DNA of 64,000 nucleotides from Owenia fusiformis (lineage: Eukaryota): contig CAIIXF020000001.1 of NCBI GenBank assembly GCA_903813345.2, positions 39,432,001-39,496,000 on the forward strand, given 5' to 3'. The notes beneath the pieces were generated by a model that was given only the letters and a program-made list of their open reading frames with translations, had not been told where the DNA came from and did no database searches. Position 1 is the first letter of the stretch, and each line of letters opens with the position of its first letter. Shown one piece after another: positions 50,944 through 61,868 of the stretch. Position numbers and translations under genes: made by a program.

Positions 50944-53900
50944 AAGATATATTAGATGTTTTAAAGGACTGCATTCATGGAAAATTTTCATTGAAAATGA
51001 ATCCACTTTGCATTGCACTTTAAAGGCACTTACCTTAAGTCATGACCATATCAGGTTACCGTCTCTAAGCACTCTCCAACATTTTAACAGAGAAAGGTTT
51101 TATGTCAGTTACGGCATGTTTCCATCATTAAATTACTTAGCGAAAGTCAATTTCACTTGAATTCAATATTTTCTGATTTCTGTATACTGACTTCAGCAAA
51201 CAGATGTTAATTTAGTGAGCTATGTATTGTGGCATGCCTGCTGAATTATGATTAGGATTAGTCTCATGTGCTTCTAGGTAATAACATTGTATATTGTCTT
51301 GGCTCATGTGCTCATTATTCTACAGGAAGCTGAAATATTAAAAAAACATTTATCTCCACATGGCGGGCTTCATCTCTAATTTTCTTCATCAACGCATGCT
51401 GCTCATTTAACCATGAATTGATTTGTTAGCCTCTGATGCGCGATGATTTCTTCTATTGACTGCTTGCATTATATCCTGTTGACTTACTTTATTTCTATAA
51501 TCTATCATTAAATAGGATGTTTTCTAGATTGAATATACATGTATATCTGAAGATTGAAGAAGATGCTTATGAATTGGTATTCTTCTCGCTGTTAAAATCT
51601 GTTCAGAACATGTTTGTTATTATTTATGTATCATGTGTGAGTTGCGATTTAGTGTTTGCCAGTGCTTATGTTTCTTGCAGGTTCCTTCTCAAATTTTTTG
51701 CTCAATTTCATGAAATTGTTTGTTTATGTCCTTGTTTGTTGATTACCTTCTTGGTATGTTACATGGATCTATAATGATAAGAAATATGTCAGGACTGGTG
51801 TTTTTCTTAAACATAGTACTCTTAGTCAACACATTTTTTCGCCAATTGGTTCATCTAAAAATTCCCAGGCTGTATGTTTATTTGGTCATTAACATTTTGT
51901 TGTGTGGTTAACCTTGTTGAGATCATGCTATTTTTCCAAATAGTTTGTGGTTTTTAAATTTCTTTGTTTTTTAGGTTATCATAGGTATGTGAGAATTTTT
52001 CATGTGAGAAAGCACCCTGTTAATAGTGTTATATACCTGGTTTATGTACATATTATGAATATACTTGTATGTATACACATGAACAGTAAAATCTATGTAT
52101 GTGGAACACCTTTGGTACTTCTAAAAAGTGTTCCACTTGGGAGGTGTTTCACTTAGAGAGGTTTATTTAAGAATAAGTCAAGAGGCTGCATTTGTTTCGA
52201 AAATATTTGCATGTTGACAGGCCTTGACAATAAAAGCATTCTGATATTCTAATTGTTGGAAAATATCGAGATTACATTCTGGGATACGTACCTCCATGGG
52301 TGATCAGATTTTAAAACAAGATTGGTTTTGAATATATAAATCTTTTTCTATAATAAAGAGATATAGATGGCAGCAGGGATTTGGTTGGGCCAGATAGTAT
52401 TGCAGGTATGCAAAATATGAATTCTTTCCGATTAGATGGATACAAAACTCTTTTTGACTAAGATCTTATTGACTCATGGGAGTTTCAAATAAATGGATAT
52501 AATTCTGTGACTGAAACTCTCGTTGGGTAGCTTAATTGTGATTTAAACCTAACTGAATTTGTAGAACAGTATAATGAAGTAAACCAGGAGGCCAGGCGCT
52601 TCATATCTCTGTAGAGAATTAAAAGAGCAGAGTAGGTGGTATTTTAAGGCCAGTTGGCTACCAATGTGTATCACTGATGCACATTGAAGTGTTGTTTATA
52701 CAACAGTTACCTGATCCCTAATTAGTGGAATGTACATCATCTGTTCAACACACCTGAGAGACCATTATTCAACGCTCTCACTCAAAACAAAGTTCTGAAC
52801 TATAGTAAGGTTCACTTAGGTCAACTTTCTCTTGCAAAACTCATTGGCATTCAATAGATTCCTCTGTTAAAGTCTAATGCTCTGCTTCTATTTGGTCAGT
52901 CTATTGAAAGCCCATGCTATACTCCAAGGCTGAGGCCCGGGTATACAATCATTAATAAAAAATCAGTATTATTCTTATTCAATATAACCACGCATTACCA
53001 ACTCAGTACACTAGGGGACTTTTTAAACATTTTTAACAGTATTCCTGGGCCTCAGCTCCAAGGTTTTTATTCTTAGTTTTCTGTTCAGTCCTCTGTGGCC
53101 CTGTGATGAATGTATATAGTAGTTAAGCAATGGTGTCAATAATAAAGACTAACTGCCTTGGTACTTGATCAATCAGTTGTAGTTTTGCAGCTCATTATTG
53201 GCCAATAATGCACAGGTCTCAAAGCAATTTTGTTAAACATTTTTCTTGTTTGTTCCTTTCATTTCTTCAGTTCTCTAATGAATTGAAACATAGTAATTGT
53301 ATACATAAAAACATGAAGACATCACAATTTACTTCATTTATTCATTTAATTTGTACTAGTTCAATATAATATGATGAGTATGTAAATGAAAGAGATTGCA
53401 CAGAGGATACTTTCAATGCAACTCTATATGAGGAGCTCACTTGTATGAAAGATAATGAACAGTTTGACTACACTGCCATCTTTTTATGAACATTCTTTCC
53501 CTAAGTCCATGAGACTATCATTGTCATAAATGATATTTTTTACAGAGCTAGATAAGAAGTTTTATGGGCCTACTGTTTTATCAGATGATATGAAATATAT
53601 TAATGTTTGATTGACAGTTGACACTACAAGTGCTCATGGACACACCTATCCCCTGGAATAGTATGTTTGATTGACAGTTGACACTGCAAGTGCTCATGGA
53701 CACACCTATCCAATCCATCTCAATTTTATATCAATGCTCGTGTCAAACGCATGTACTTCTACACGATGTTGTTCATTTTACTATTCTAATTTAAATCTAT
53801 CTCTGAGATTTAGATATATTATTATTTCAATGCTATCAGTTTATTTTATTCTATCAATCTTACAATACATGTACACATGAACATTTATATTTTTACAGTA

Positions 53901-55249
53901 CTTTACACTATGGACAATTAAAACTACCACCCATTCCCCTCCCCACCCATTAGTTTTTATTCACACTCAACTTGTGAATTAAAAAAGCAACCTTCATTAC
54001 ATGTCTTTGTCTAGAGACTGATTCACAAGGGGTGAGTTTTTCAAAATTGTAGCAGTCCTTATTTGTTTTAACATATACATGTATTCTATAAATAAACAGT
54101 ATTGATATGGGATGATTCTCTTTAACATTTCAACATAAGATACAAACCAATGTTTATTTTTTTTATTCTAACATTTAAAGGCATTTCCCTTTGAAATCCT
54201 ATTATCTTCTAACTGATCTTTTGTTATTCTTTTCTCTTCTTTTTTTATTTCATCATCATCAATATCATTACATGCTCATTTTACATATCACAAATCAATA
54301 TCAATAATATTACAACATTATAAAGGACAAGTCTCGATTTGGAGAACAGTCTGTTGGGCTAATTTTTTTATGAAAAATATATATAGAAATATCACCCAGA
54401 TTAAATTAAGAATATTCAAAAGAGGGCATTTAAATCTACAAGATGTAAAAATATCACAATTGTCCGAAGCAGGGATAACGTGCAGTAGTTGATTCAGGGG
54501 TAACACTCAATTAGAGTGATGAACTTTGTTCTCCAAACTGAGAATAGTCCTTTCTGTATCTCATTTCATATATCTAACATACATGTATATTCAACTCTGT
54601 AACCGTATAAACCACATTTACAACATTTTTCCTATCGTTAACATAATGTTAAATTCAATCTTTCTCTTCAGTTTAAGGAATCGTGTATTTTTGTTATTTC
54701 CCTCATTCAAATAAATGCCCAATGGCAAAGTTCAACCAAATTATGTACAATGTACTCGTATATAGCTTCTCATGAGAAAACCTGTTTGTCCGCATTTGAC
54801 CTGTTGTGTGTCCTTAAGTTGCATATTAGGGAACATAATGCTCCTGATCATACTATATATAATGAATATGATCTCTCCAAGTCTTATTATTGTAACATTG
54901 TTTTAAGGAAGGTCCACTTAATGAGAATTTTTATCTAATTTTCATGATTACATGATCAATAACCAATGAAATAGTTCATCTTTTGCACATTTTTATGTGG
55001 ATGTCTACAAGTTATAGTAGAAAATATGTAGGTCAAAATCAAAATATTTTGATCCAATGAAATTGAAATTACATAACTATATTGACATTATTATATGGAT
55101 ATTCACACATTATAGTTGAATACATATAGGTCAAAATCAAAATATTTTGTTGATATTTACACATCATAATAGAATACATGGCAAAAACCAAAATGAATCT
55201 GATCAACGGAATTTGAGGAACATTTCCTCAATTTTTGAAAAATTAGCCA

Positions 55250-56390
55250 GAGTGTTGGAAGAACTACAAGTGTTATAAGAACTACCACAAGTGTTATAAG
55301 AACTGCCACAAGTGTTGTAAGAACTACCATAAGTGTTATAAGAACTACCATAAGTGTTATAAGAACTACCACAAGTGTTGTAAGAACTACCACAAGTGTT
55401 ATAAGAACTACCACAAGTGTTGTAAGAACTACCACAAGTGTTATAAGAACTACCACAAGTGTTATAAGAACTACCACAAGTGTTGTAAGAACTACCACAA
55501 GTGTTATAAGAACGTAATCACAAGTGTTATAAGAACTACCACAAGTGTTATAAGAACTACCACAAGTGTTATAAGAACTACCACAAGTGTTATAAGAACT
55601 ACCACAAGTGTTATAAGAACTACCACAAGTGTTGTAAGAACTACCACAAGTGTTGTAAGAACTACCACAAGTGTTGTAAGAACTACCACAAGTGTCATAA
55701 GAACTACCACAAGTGTTGTAAGAACTGCCACAAGTGTTGTAAGAACTACCACAAGTGTTGTAAGAACTACCACAAGTGTTATAAGAACTACCACAAGTGT
55801 TGTAAGAACTACCACAAGTGTTGTAAGAATTACCACAAGTGTTGTAAGAACTACCACAAGTGTTGTAAGAACTACCACAAGTGTTGTAAGAACTACCACA
55901 AGTGTTGTAAGAACTACCACAAGTGTTATAAGAACTACCACAAGTGTTATAAGAACTACCACAAGTGTTGTAAGAATTACCACAAGTGTTGTAAGAACTA
56001 CCACAAGTGTTGTAAGAACTACCACAAGTGTTGTAAGAACTACCACAAGTGTTGTAAGAACTACCACAAGTGTTATAAGAACTACCACAAGTGTTGTAAG
56101 AACTGCCACAAGTGTTGTAAGAACTACCACAAGTGTTGTAAGAACTACCACAAGTGTTGTAAGAACTATCACAAGTGTTGTAAGAACTACCACAAGTGAT
56201 ATAAGAACTACCACAAGTGTTGTAAGAACTACCACAAGTGTTGTAAGAACTACCACAAGTGTTATAAGAACTACCACAAGTGTTATAAGAACTACCATAA
56301 GTGTTATAAGAATTACCATAAGTGTTATAAGAACTACCACAAGTGTTGTAAGAACTACCACAAGTGTTGTAAGAGCTTCCACAAGTGTTG
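55250..56390. repeat. 21-bp minisatellite, ~54 copies, immediately 3' of the GPCR stop codon
   Basis: Unit AGTGTTRTAAGAACTACCACA. Confidence 0.97.
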
Positions 56391-56396
56391 TGTTCT

Positions 56397-58823
56397 TTAT
56401 TGATTTATTGAAGCATTCACAGGACCACTCTTACATGTAAGGATATGTCTGAATGCTTCTCTGTAGTCTTTACTCCTAAACAGATACACAATTGGATTTG
56501 TTAAGGAGTTTAACATCACAATGGTTCCAGTGATGAAGATACTTTGTCCACTGACATATGCAGGATTGATTGAGTATACTGACAAACACACAATAAGTGG
56601 GGTATAGCATAAGATAAAGATGAAAAGAATAGAGCTGATAAGTTTAACAAGTTTTGTCATGCGCAATGACCATTGATAATATATCATGTTTTGTCTGGTG
56701 TCTTTTTCAAACTTAATTTGGACATGATGACCTTTTCTATATGCAATTCCCATTGGACTTGTACAAACATCTGTTATCTTACGCTCTGGTTTGTACGAAC
56801 ATCCAAGTATTGGACTTGTACGAATATCTGTGATCTTACGTTCTGTTTGGTAGGAACATCTAGGTATTGGACTTGTACGAATATCTGTGATCTTACGTTC
56901 TGTTTGGTAGGAACATCTAGGTATTGGACTTGTACGAATATCTGTGATCTTACGTTCTGTTTGGTAGGAACATCTAGGTATTGGACTTGTACGAATATCG
57001 GTGATCTTATGGTCTGGTTCATAGGAGCATCCACGTATTGGACTTGTACGAATATCGGTGATCTTATGGTCTGGTTCATAGGAGCATCCAGGTATTGGAC
57101 TTGTACGAATATCGGTGATCTTATGGTCTGGTTCATAGGAGCATCCAGGTATTGGACTTGTACGAATATCGGTGATCTTATGGTCTGGTTCATAGGAGCA
57201 TCCACGTATTGGACTTGTACGAATATTGGTGATCTTATGGTCTGGTTCATAGGAGCATCCACGTATTGGACTTGTACGAATATCGGTGATCTTATGGTCT
57301 GGTTCATAGGAGCATCCAGGTATTGGACTTGTACGAATATCGGTGATCTTATGGTCTGGTTCATAGGAGCATCCACGTATTGGACTTGTACAAATATCGG
57401 TGATCTTATGGTCTGGTTCATAGGAGCATCCAGATTTTGTACTTGTACGAATATCTGTGATTTTACGCTCTGGTTCGTAGCGGCATCCAGGCATTGGACT
57501 TGTACGAATATCTTTGGTATTAAGGTCGGATTCATAGGAACATCCAGGTTTTGGACTTGTACGAATATCTGTGATCTTACACTCTGTTCCGTAGGAACAT
57601 CTAGGTATTGGACTTGTACGAATATCGGTGATCTTATGGTCTGGTTCATAGGAGCATCCAGATTTTGTACTTGTACGAATATCTGTGATTTTACGCTCTG
57701 GTTCGTAGCGGCATCCAGGCATTGGACTTGTACGAATATCTTTGGTATTAAGGTCGGATTCATAGGAACATCCAGGTTTTGGACTTGTACGAATATTTGT
57801 GGTCTTAAGGTCGGATTCATAGGAACATCCAGGTATTGGACTTGTATGAATATTTTTGGTATTAAGGTCGGATTCATAGGAACATCCAGGTTTTGGACTT
57901 GTAAGAATATTTGTGGTCTTAAGGTCGGATTCATAGGAACATCCAGGTATTGGACTTGTACGAATATCTGTGATCTTACACCCTGGTTCGTAGGAACATC
58001 TAGGCAATGGAATATCATCACAATTTATAGGTTTAACATTAAGGTCCTTTGGTATATTTGACTGTATCAAGGCATTATCATTGTTAATCGGAGCCACTTT
58101 GATATGTCTTATTGATCTGTGTGTTGACTTGTTAGTGCTTGTTGACATCATACCACATTCTTTAAGGTATTTGATATGTTTAGAGAGGTTGCGGAATGTT
58201 AAACCCTGTAATGTGATGAGAACAATTAGGTGCAAGAAAAGGACAAAGCTCAGCCCCAATAAATGATACTCATGGATAAGTCCATTGCCAACATAGCAAG
58301 ATCTGGTGCTACGGCTATCCTTAAAAAACAAAAGGAAACTGCTTATATAAGCTGCCCATATTGCAGTTGTAAGAAGTAGGAGCCGATAAGCGATTTTCTT
58401 GTTGAGTGATCCTTTTATGACTCTTTTTCTTGTTGATAAGTAACCTTCAATCCATAGAAGAAAAACTCCACTTGCTGTTATTCCAGCTGATGCTAAAAGC
58501 AAAAGATTGATTGTAACACAAGGTATTGTCTTATTTAATGTTCCAGATACTTCTAAAAATCCTCGTATAATAATCGTAACTCCTAATATGGCGTCATTCA
58601 TAGCTAGGTATCCACGGAATATATTTGAAACAGTTCGTAATTTTTTATGGCGGACAATTGACACAACAACTAAAAGATTGAGGACACTGATTATAAGTCC
58701 AATGATACTTTGCACTGTTGTTATTAGCAAATTGTTTTGTTCTGTCCCTTTCATCTTGTCTCCCAAATGAATCGTGGTATTTGTGCAGTTGTTAAAACTG
58801 TTAAAATGTGTGCAGTTTGCCAT
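56397..58823 (-). CDS. Intronless rhodopsin-like (class A) GPCR, 808 aa, with repeat-expanded ICL3
   Basis: Seven hydrophobic segments: TM1 LNLLVV, ICL1 KLRTVSN, TM2 LAMND, TM3 Cys with EGY at the DRY position, TM4 W, ECL2 Cys, TM6 FILCYTP, TM7 NSLTNPIVY, helix 8 YREAFRHIL. N-terminal glycosylation sequons are present. The ligand family cannot be assigned. Confidence 0.92.
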   Translation of the reverse strand: MANCTHFNSFNNCTNTTIHLGDKMKGTEQNNLLITTVQSIIGLIISVLNLLVVVSIVRHKKLRTVSNIFRGYLAMNDAILGVTIIIRGFLEVSGTLNKTIPCVTINLLLLASAGITASGVFLLWIEGYLSTRKRVIKGSLNKKIAYRLLLLTTAIWAAYISSFLLFFKDSRSTRSCYVGNGLIHEYHLLGLSFVLFLHLIVLITLQGLTFRNLSKHIKYLKECGMMSTSTNKSTHRSIRHIKVAPINNDNALIQSNIPKDLNVKPINCDDIPLPRCSYEPGCKITDIRTSPIPGCSYESDLKTTNILTSPKPGCSYESDLNTKNIHTSPIPGCSYESDLKTTNIRTSPKPGCSYESDLNTKDIRTSPMPGCRYEPERKITDIRTSTKSGCSYEPDHKITDIRTSPIPRCSYGTECKITDIRTSPKPGCSYESDLNTKDIRTSPMPGCRYEPERKITDIRTSTKSGCSYEPDHKITDICTSPIRGCSYEPDHKITDIRTSPIPGCSYEPDHKITDIRTSPIRGCSYEPDHKITNIRTSPIRGCSYEPDHKITDIRTSPIPGCSYEPDHKITDIRTSPIPGCSYEPDHKITDIRTSPIRGCSYEPDHKITDIRTSPIPRCSYQTERKITDIRTSPIPRCSYQTERKITDIRTSPIPRCSYQTERKITDIRTSPILGCSYKPERKITDVCTSPMGIAYRKGHHVQIKFEKDTRQNMIYYQWSLRMTKLVKLISSILFIFILCYTPLIVCLSVYSINPAYVSGQSIFITGTIVMLNSLTNPIVYLFRSKDYREAFRHILTCKSGPVNASINQ
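56752..58010 (-). repeat. 57-bp coding tandem repeat (19 aa; 21 full + 2 partial copies)
   Basis: Consensus TDIRTSPIPGCSYEPDHKI between TM5 and TM6; the frame is intact throughout. Confidence 0.95.
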
Positions 58824-59771
58824 TCTTTCTGTCAGAGAATGTAATAAACTTTCTTCCCACAGGTTGTTTATTGCATTGTGTCAGTATTTGAGTAATGATG
58901 GACAGAATATAATACTTTACTGTGTTTCTCCAAATATTATGTTACACTTATGGCTGTTGCATTGTTACTTATTTGTCAAGAGACTTGTTTATGATTTGTG
59001 GTGATGTGAATGGTCAAAACAGGATACATATACGTGTAACAAAGAGCCGTCACATTTGTAAAAGAAATTGTATACCCATACCTTTCTTCTCAGAGAAAAG
59101 GCAGGTATACATTCCTACAGGGGATACTCTATTGCAGAAATAATGAGTGTGATAGAATGAAACCATATAAGGACATTGAATACATCCTGATCATTTTCTG
59201 TTAACAGGATTGCATCCGAGAGATGATACATTATTTGGAAACCTTAACATCCCTAATGAACGTATTAATTATTATCTAATGTCAAAATATTTTCAAGATT
59301 TTGCTTTACTTGTTCTTGTAGACTCTAGCTTGTAAGTCAAGAACGTTTATATCTGGAGTTATTGAATAATGATCTTTCATCTTATATATTACTAAGATAG
59401 TCCACATTGGTATATTGCTGGCCTAAATTGTATTGTGTGTTGAAGGTCCCAAGTATAATATCTAGGATCTAGGAGGAATGGTGCTCATTTGTAGAGGGGG
59501 AGCATACTGAATACCATACAGTATGTTGTCTCTTGTTCTTTGAATTGTTCTCCATGGTCAGGGTGGCGGAATTGGAATTTTTCGTGGATCAAGTTGATTG
59601 AGAGCTACAAGGGGTGTTTCTGTGTCTCGTGTGGTTAGAACAGTTTGGGAGTTTCAGTTGAGTAGTTGGTAATTTGTAGTGGATGTGCCATGGATGTCAG
59701 ATGCTAGGGTAACAGTTGGTTTTAGTACTTGTAGCTGATTGGTTGATAGGAGATGCTTTTCATCATATATC

Positions 59772-61561
59772 AGTAGTATATGGCGTCCATTTCGACCCCC
59801 TACCGGCACCGGTACTTACACTTACACCGGAAGTTACACTTACACCGGAAGTGACGTCATAGGTCACGTGTTGGAAGTGACGTCATAGGTCACGTGTTCC
59901 TTACACTTACACCTGGTGACATAACTGGCTCAAAGGTTACTGATAATTGATAAGAGAGAGGTAATAAACTGATAAGACAGTGAAAAAGATGGCCAAAGGT
60001 TACTGATAATTGATAAGAGAGAGATAATAAACTGATAAGACAGTGAAAAGATAACTACCATGGTTTCTGATATAACAGGACAAAGGTTATATTGATAAAA
60101 GAACATAGGTTTGAGTTGAATGCATAGAAATGATGTCATACGTCACATGGTTACTGATATAACTGGTCAAAGGTTACTGTTAACTGATAAGAGAGAGCTC
60201 AATTGATAAGATAATCAAACAAACACTGTTAAGGTAACCTGGTGACTATGTGATAAGCTATCTTGTCTACTTCATGGATGTTTCATTGTTATAGGTCAAA
60301 GGTTGATAACAAACTGATAAAACAGTGAAAAAGATAACTGCACAACAATTTCGACCAATCACATGGCTGTAATATATTAATTTGACCAATTATATTTGAC
60401 ACATACTTCATAGGTTGTATAAGCTGTAGAACCATCATGCCACTTTATATCACTGGTCAAAGGTTACTGATAATTGATAAGAGAGAGCTCAATTGATAAG
60501 ATAATCAAACAATCACTGTTAAGGTAACCTGGTGACTATGTGATAAGTTATCTTGTTTACTTCATGGATGTTTCATTGTTATAGGTCAAAGGTTGATAAC
60601 AAACTGATAAAATAGTAAAAAAGATAACTGCAGAACCATTTCAACCAAACAGGTTTTAGCTTGCAGAATTATTTTAACCAATCAGAGTATAGTAATTTTT
60701 AACCAATCAGGTTTTGACTTGCAGAATCATTTTAACCAATCAGGGCACAGTATGTTTGGATTATTTTAACCAATTATGTTTAGAGTTTCAGAATAATTTT
60801 AACCAATCGGGTTGCGGTATATTCTCATCCAATCAGATAAAAGAAAATCATCCAATATAACAAGTTTAGACAGGTATTGAATATTTATAACCAAAAAGTC
60901 TCCTGAGTTATTTTAGAATATTTTTAAATTGTCAAGTTGATCAATTTGTGCTAATTTTTTCTCCAAACGATTACTTGATTCTTACTTTGGAGTCATTTTA
61001 GAATATTTTTCCAATCTTCACGCTTGAGTGATTTTCGCTTATTTCTTGAGTTTGAGGTATTTAATCACCAAATGGACACAGTATTCTTACTCCCTCTACA
61101 TTTAAGAGCATTTTTACAATTTTCACGCTTGAGTGATTTTTGGTGATTCCTGGAGTTTGAGGCATTCTTTTACCAAACGATCACTTGATTCTTACTCCTG
61201 GGTCATTTTAAAGTATTTTTTGAAATGTCACGTTTCGGCGATTTCAGTCACTGTTGATCGATTTCTGCTAATTTTTGGAGTTTAAGGCATTTTCACAAAA
61301 TAGACACCCACCCACTATACAAAATAACACGCTTTAATAGGCATCTGTTAATTTAACATGCCACTGATAAAAATATAAACCCCTACAAGATAAATAATAA
61401 AAAATGCTAACGTTAACAGTTTTACAGCAGAACATTTTCGACCAATCAAAGTGTATATACAAATGAACTGCTGAACCATTTCAATCAATCAGATCAGATT
61501 ATTGCACTCTTTGACCCCACCGCCGCCGCCACCGCCGCCGCCACCGCCGCCGCCGCCACCG

Positions 61562-61611
<50 letters not shown>

Positions 61612-61820
61612 GCCGCCGCCGCCGCCACCGCCACCGCCGCCGCCACCGCCGCCGCCACCGCCGCCGCCGCCGAGTTATGGTTGCTATAGTAACATGACAT
61701 CACAATACCCGGGGCAGTAATACAAAAATGTTAGATATCATAATTTCAGGAGAAAAGTTGCCCTGGGTATTGGAATGTCATGTTACTATGGTAACCATAA
61801 CTCGGCGGCGGCGGTGGCGG

Positions 61821-61868
<48 letters not shown>

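Noticed and set aside
55157..56382. 113-aa and 292-aa LVVVLTT ORFs
   Set aside because: By-products of a 21-bp minisatellite, with no ATG or splice context, broken by a 1-nt insertion near 55514.
56673..58061. 462-aa (+) and 415-aa (-) ORFs overlapping the GPCR
   Set aside because: Alternative frames of the stop-poor 57-bp repeat. Only the 808-aa frame has flanking 7TM domains.
59500..59765. Strand-biased segment resembling decayed coding or retroelement sequence
   Set aside because: The frames tested hit stops and no recognisable motif was found.
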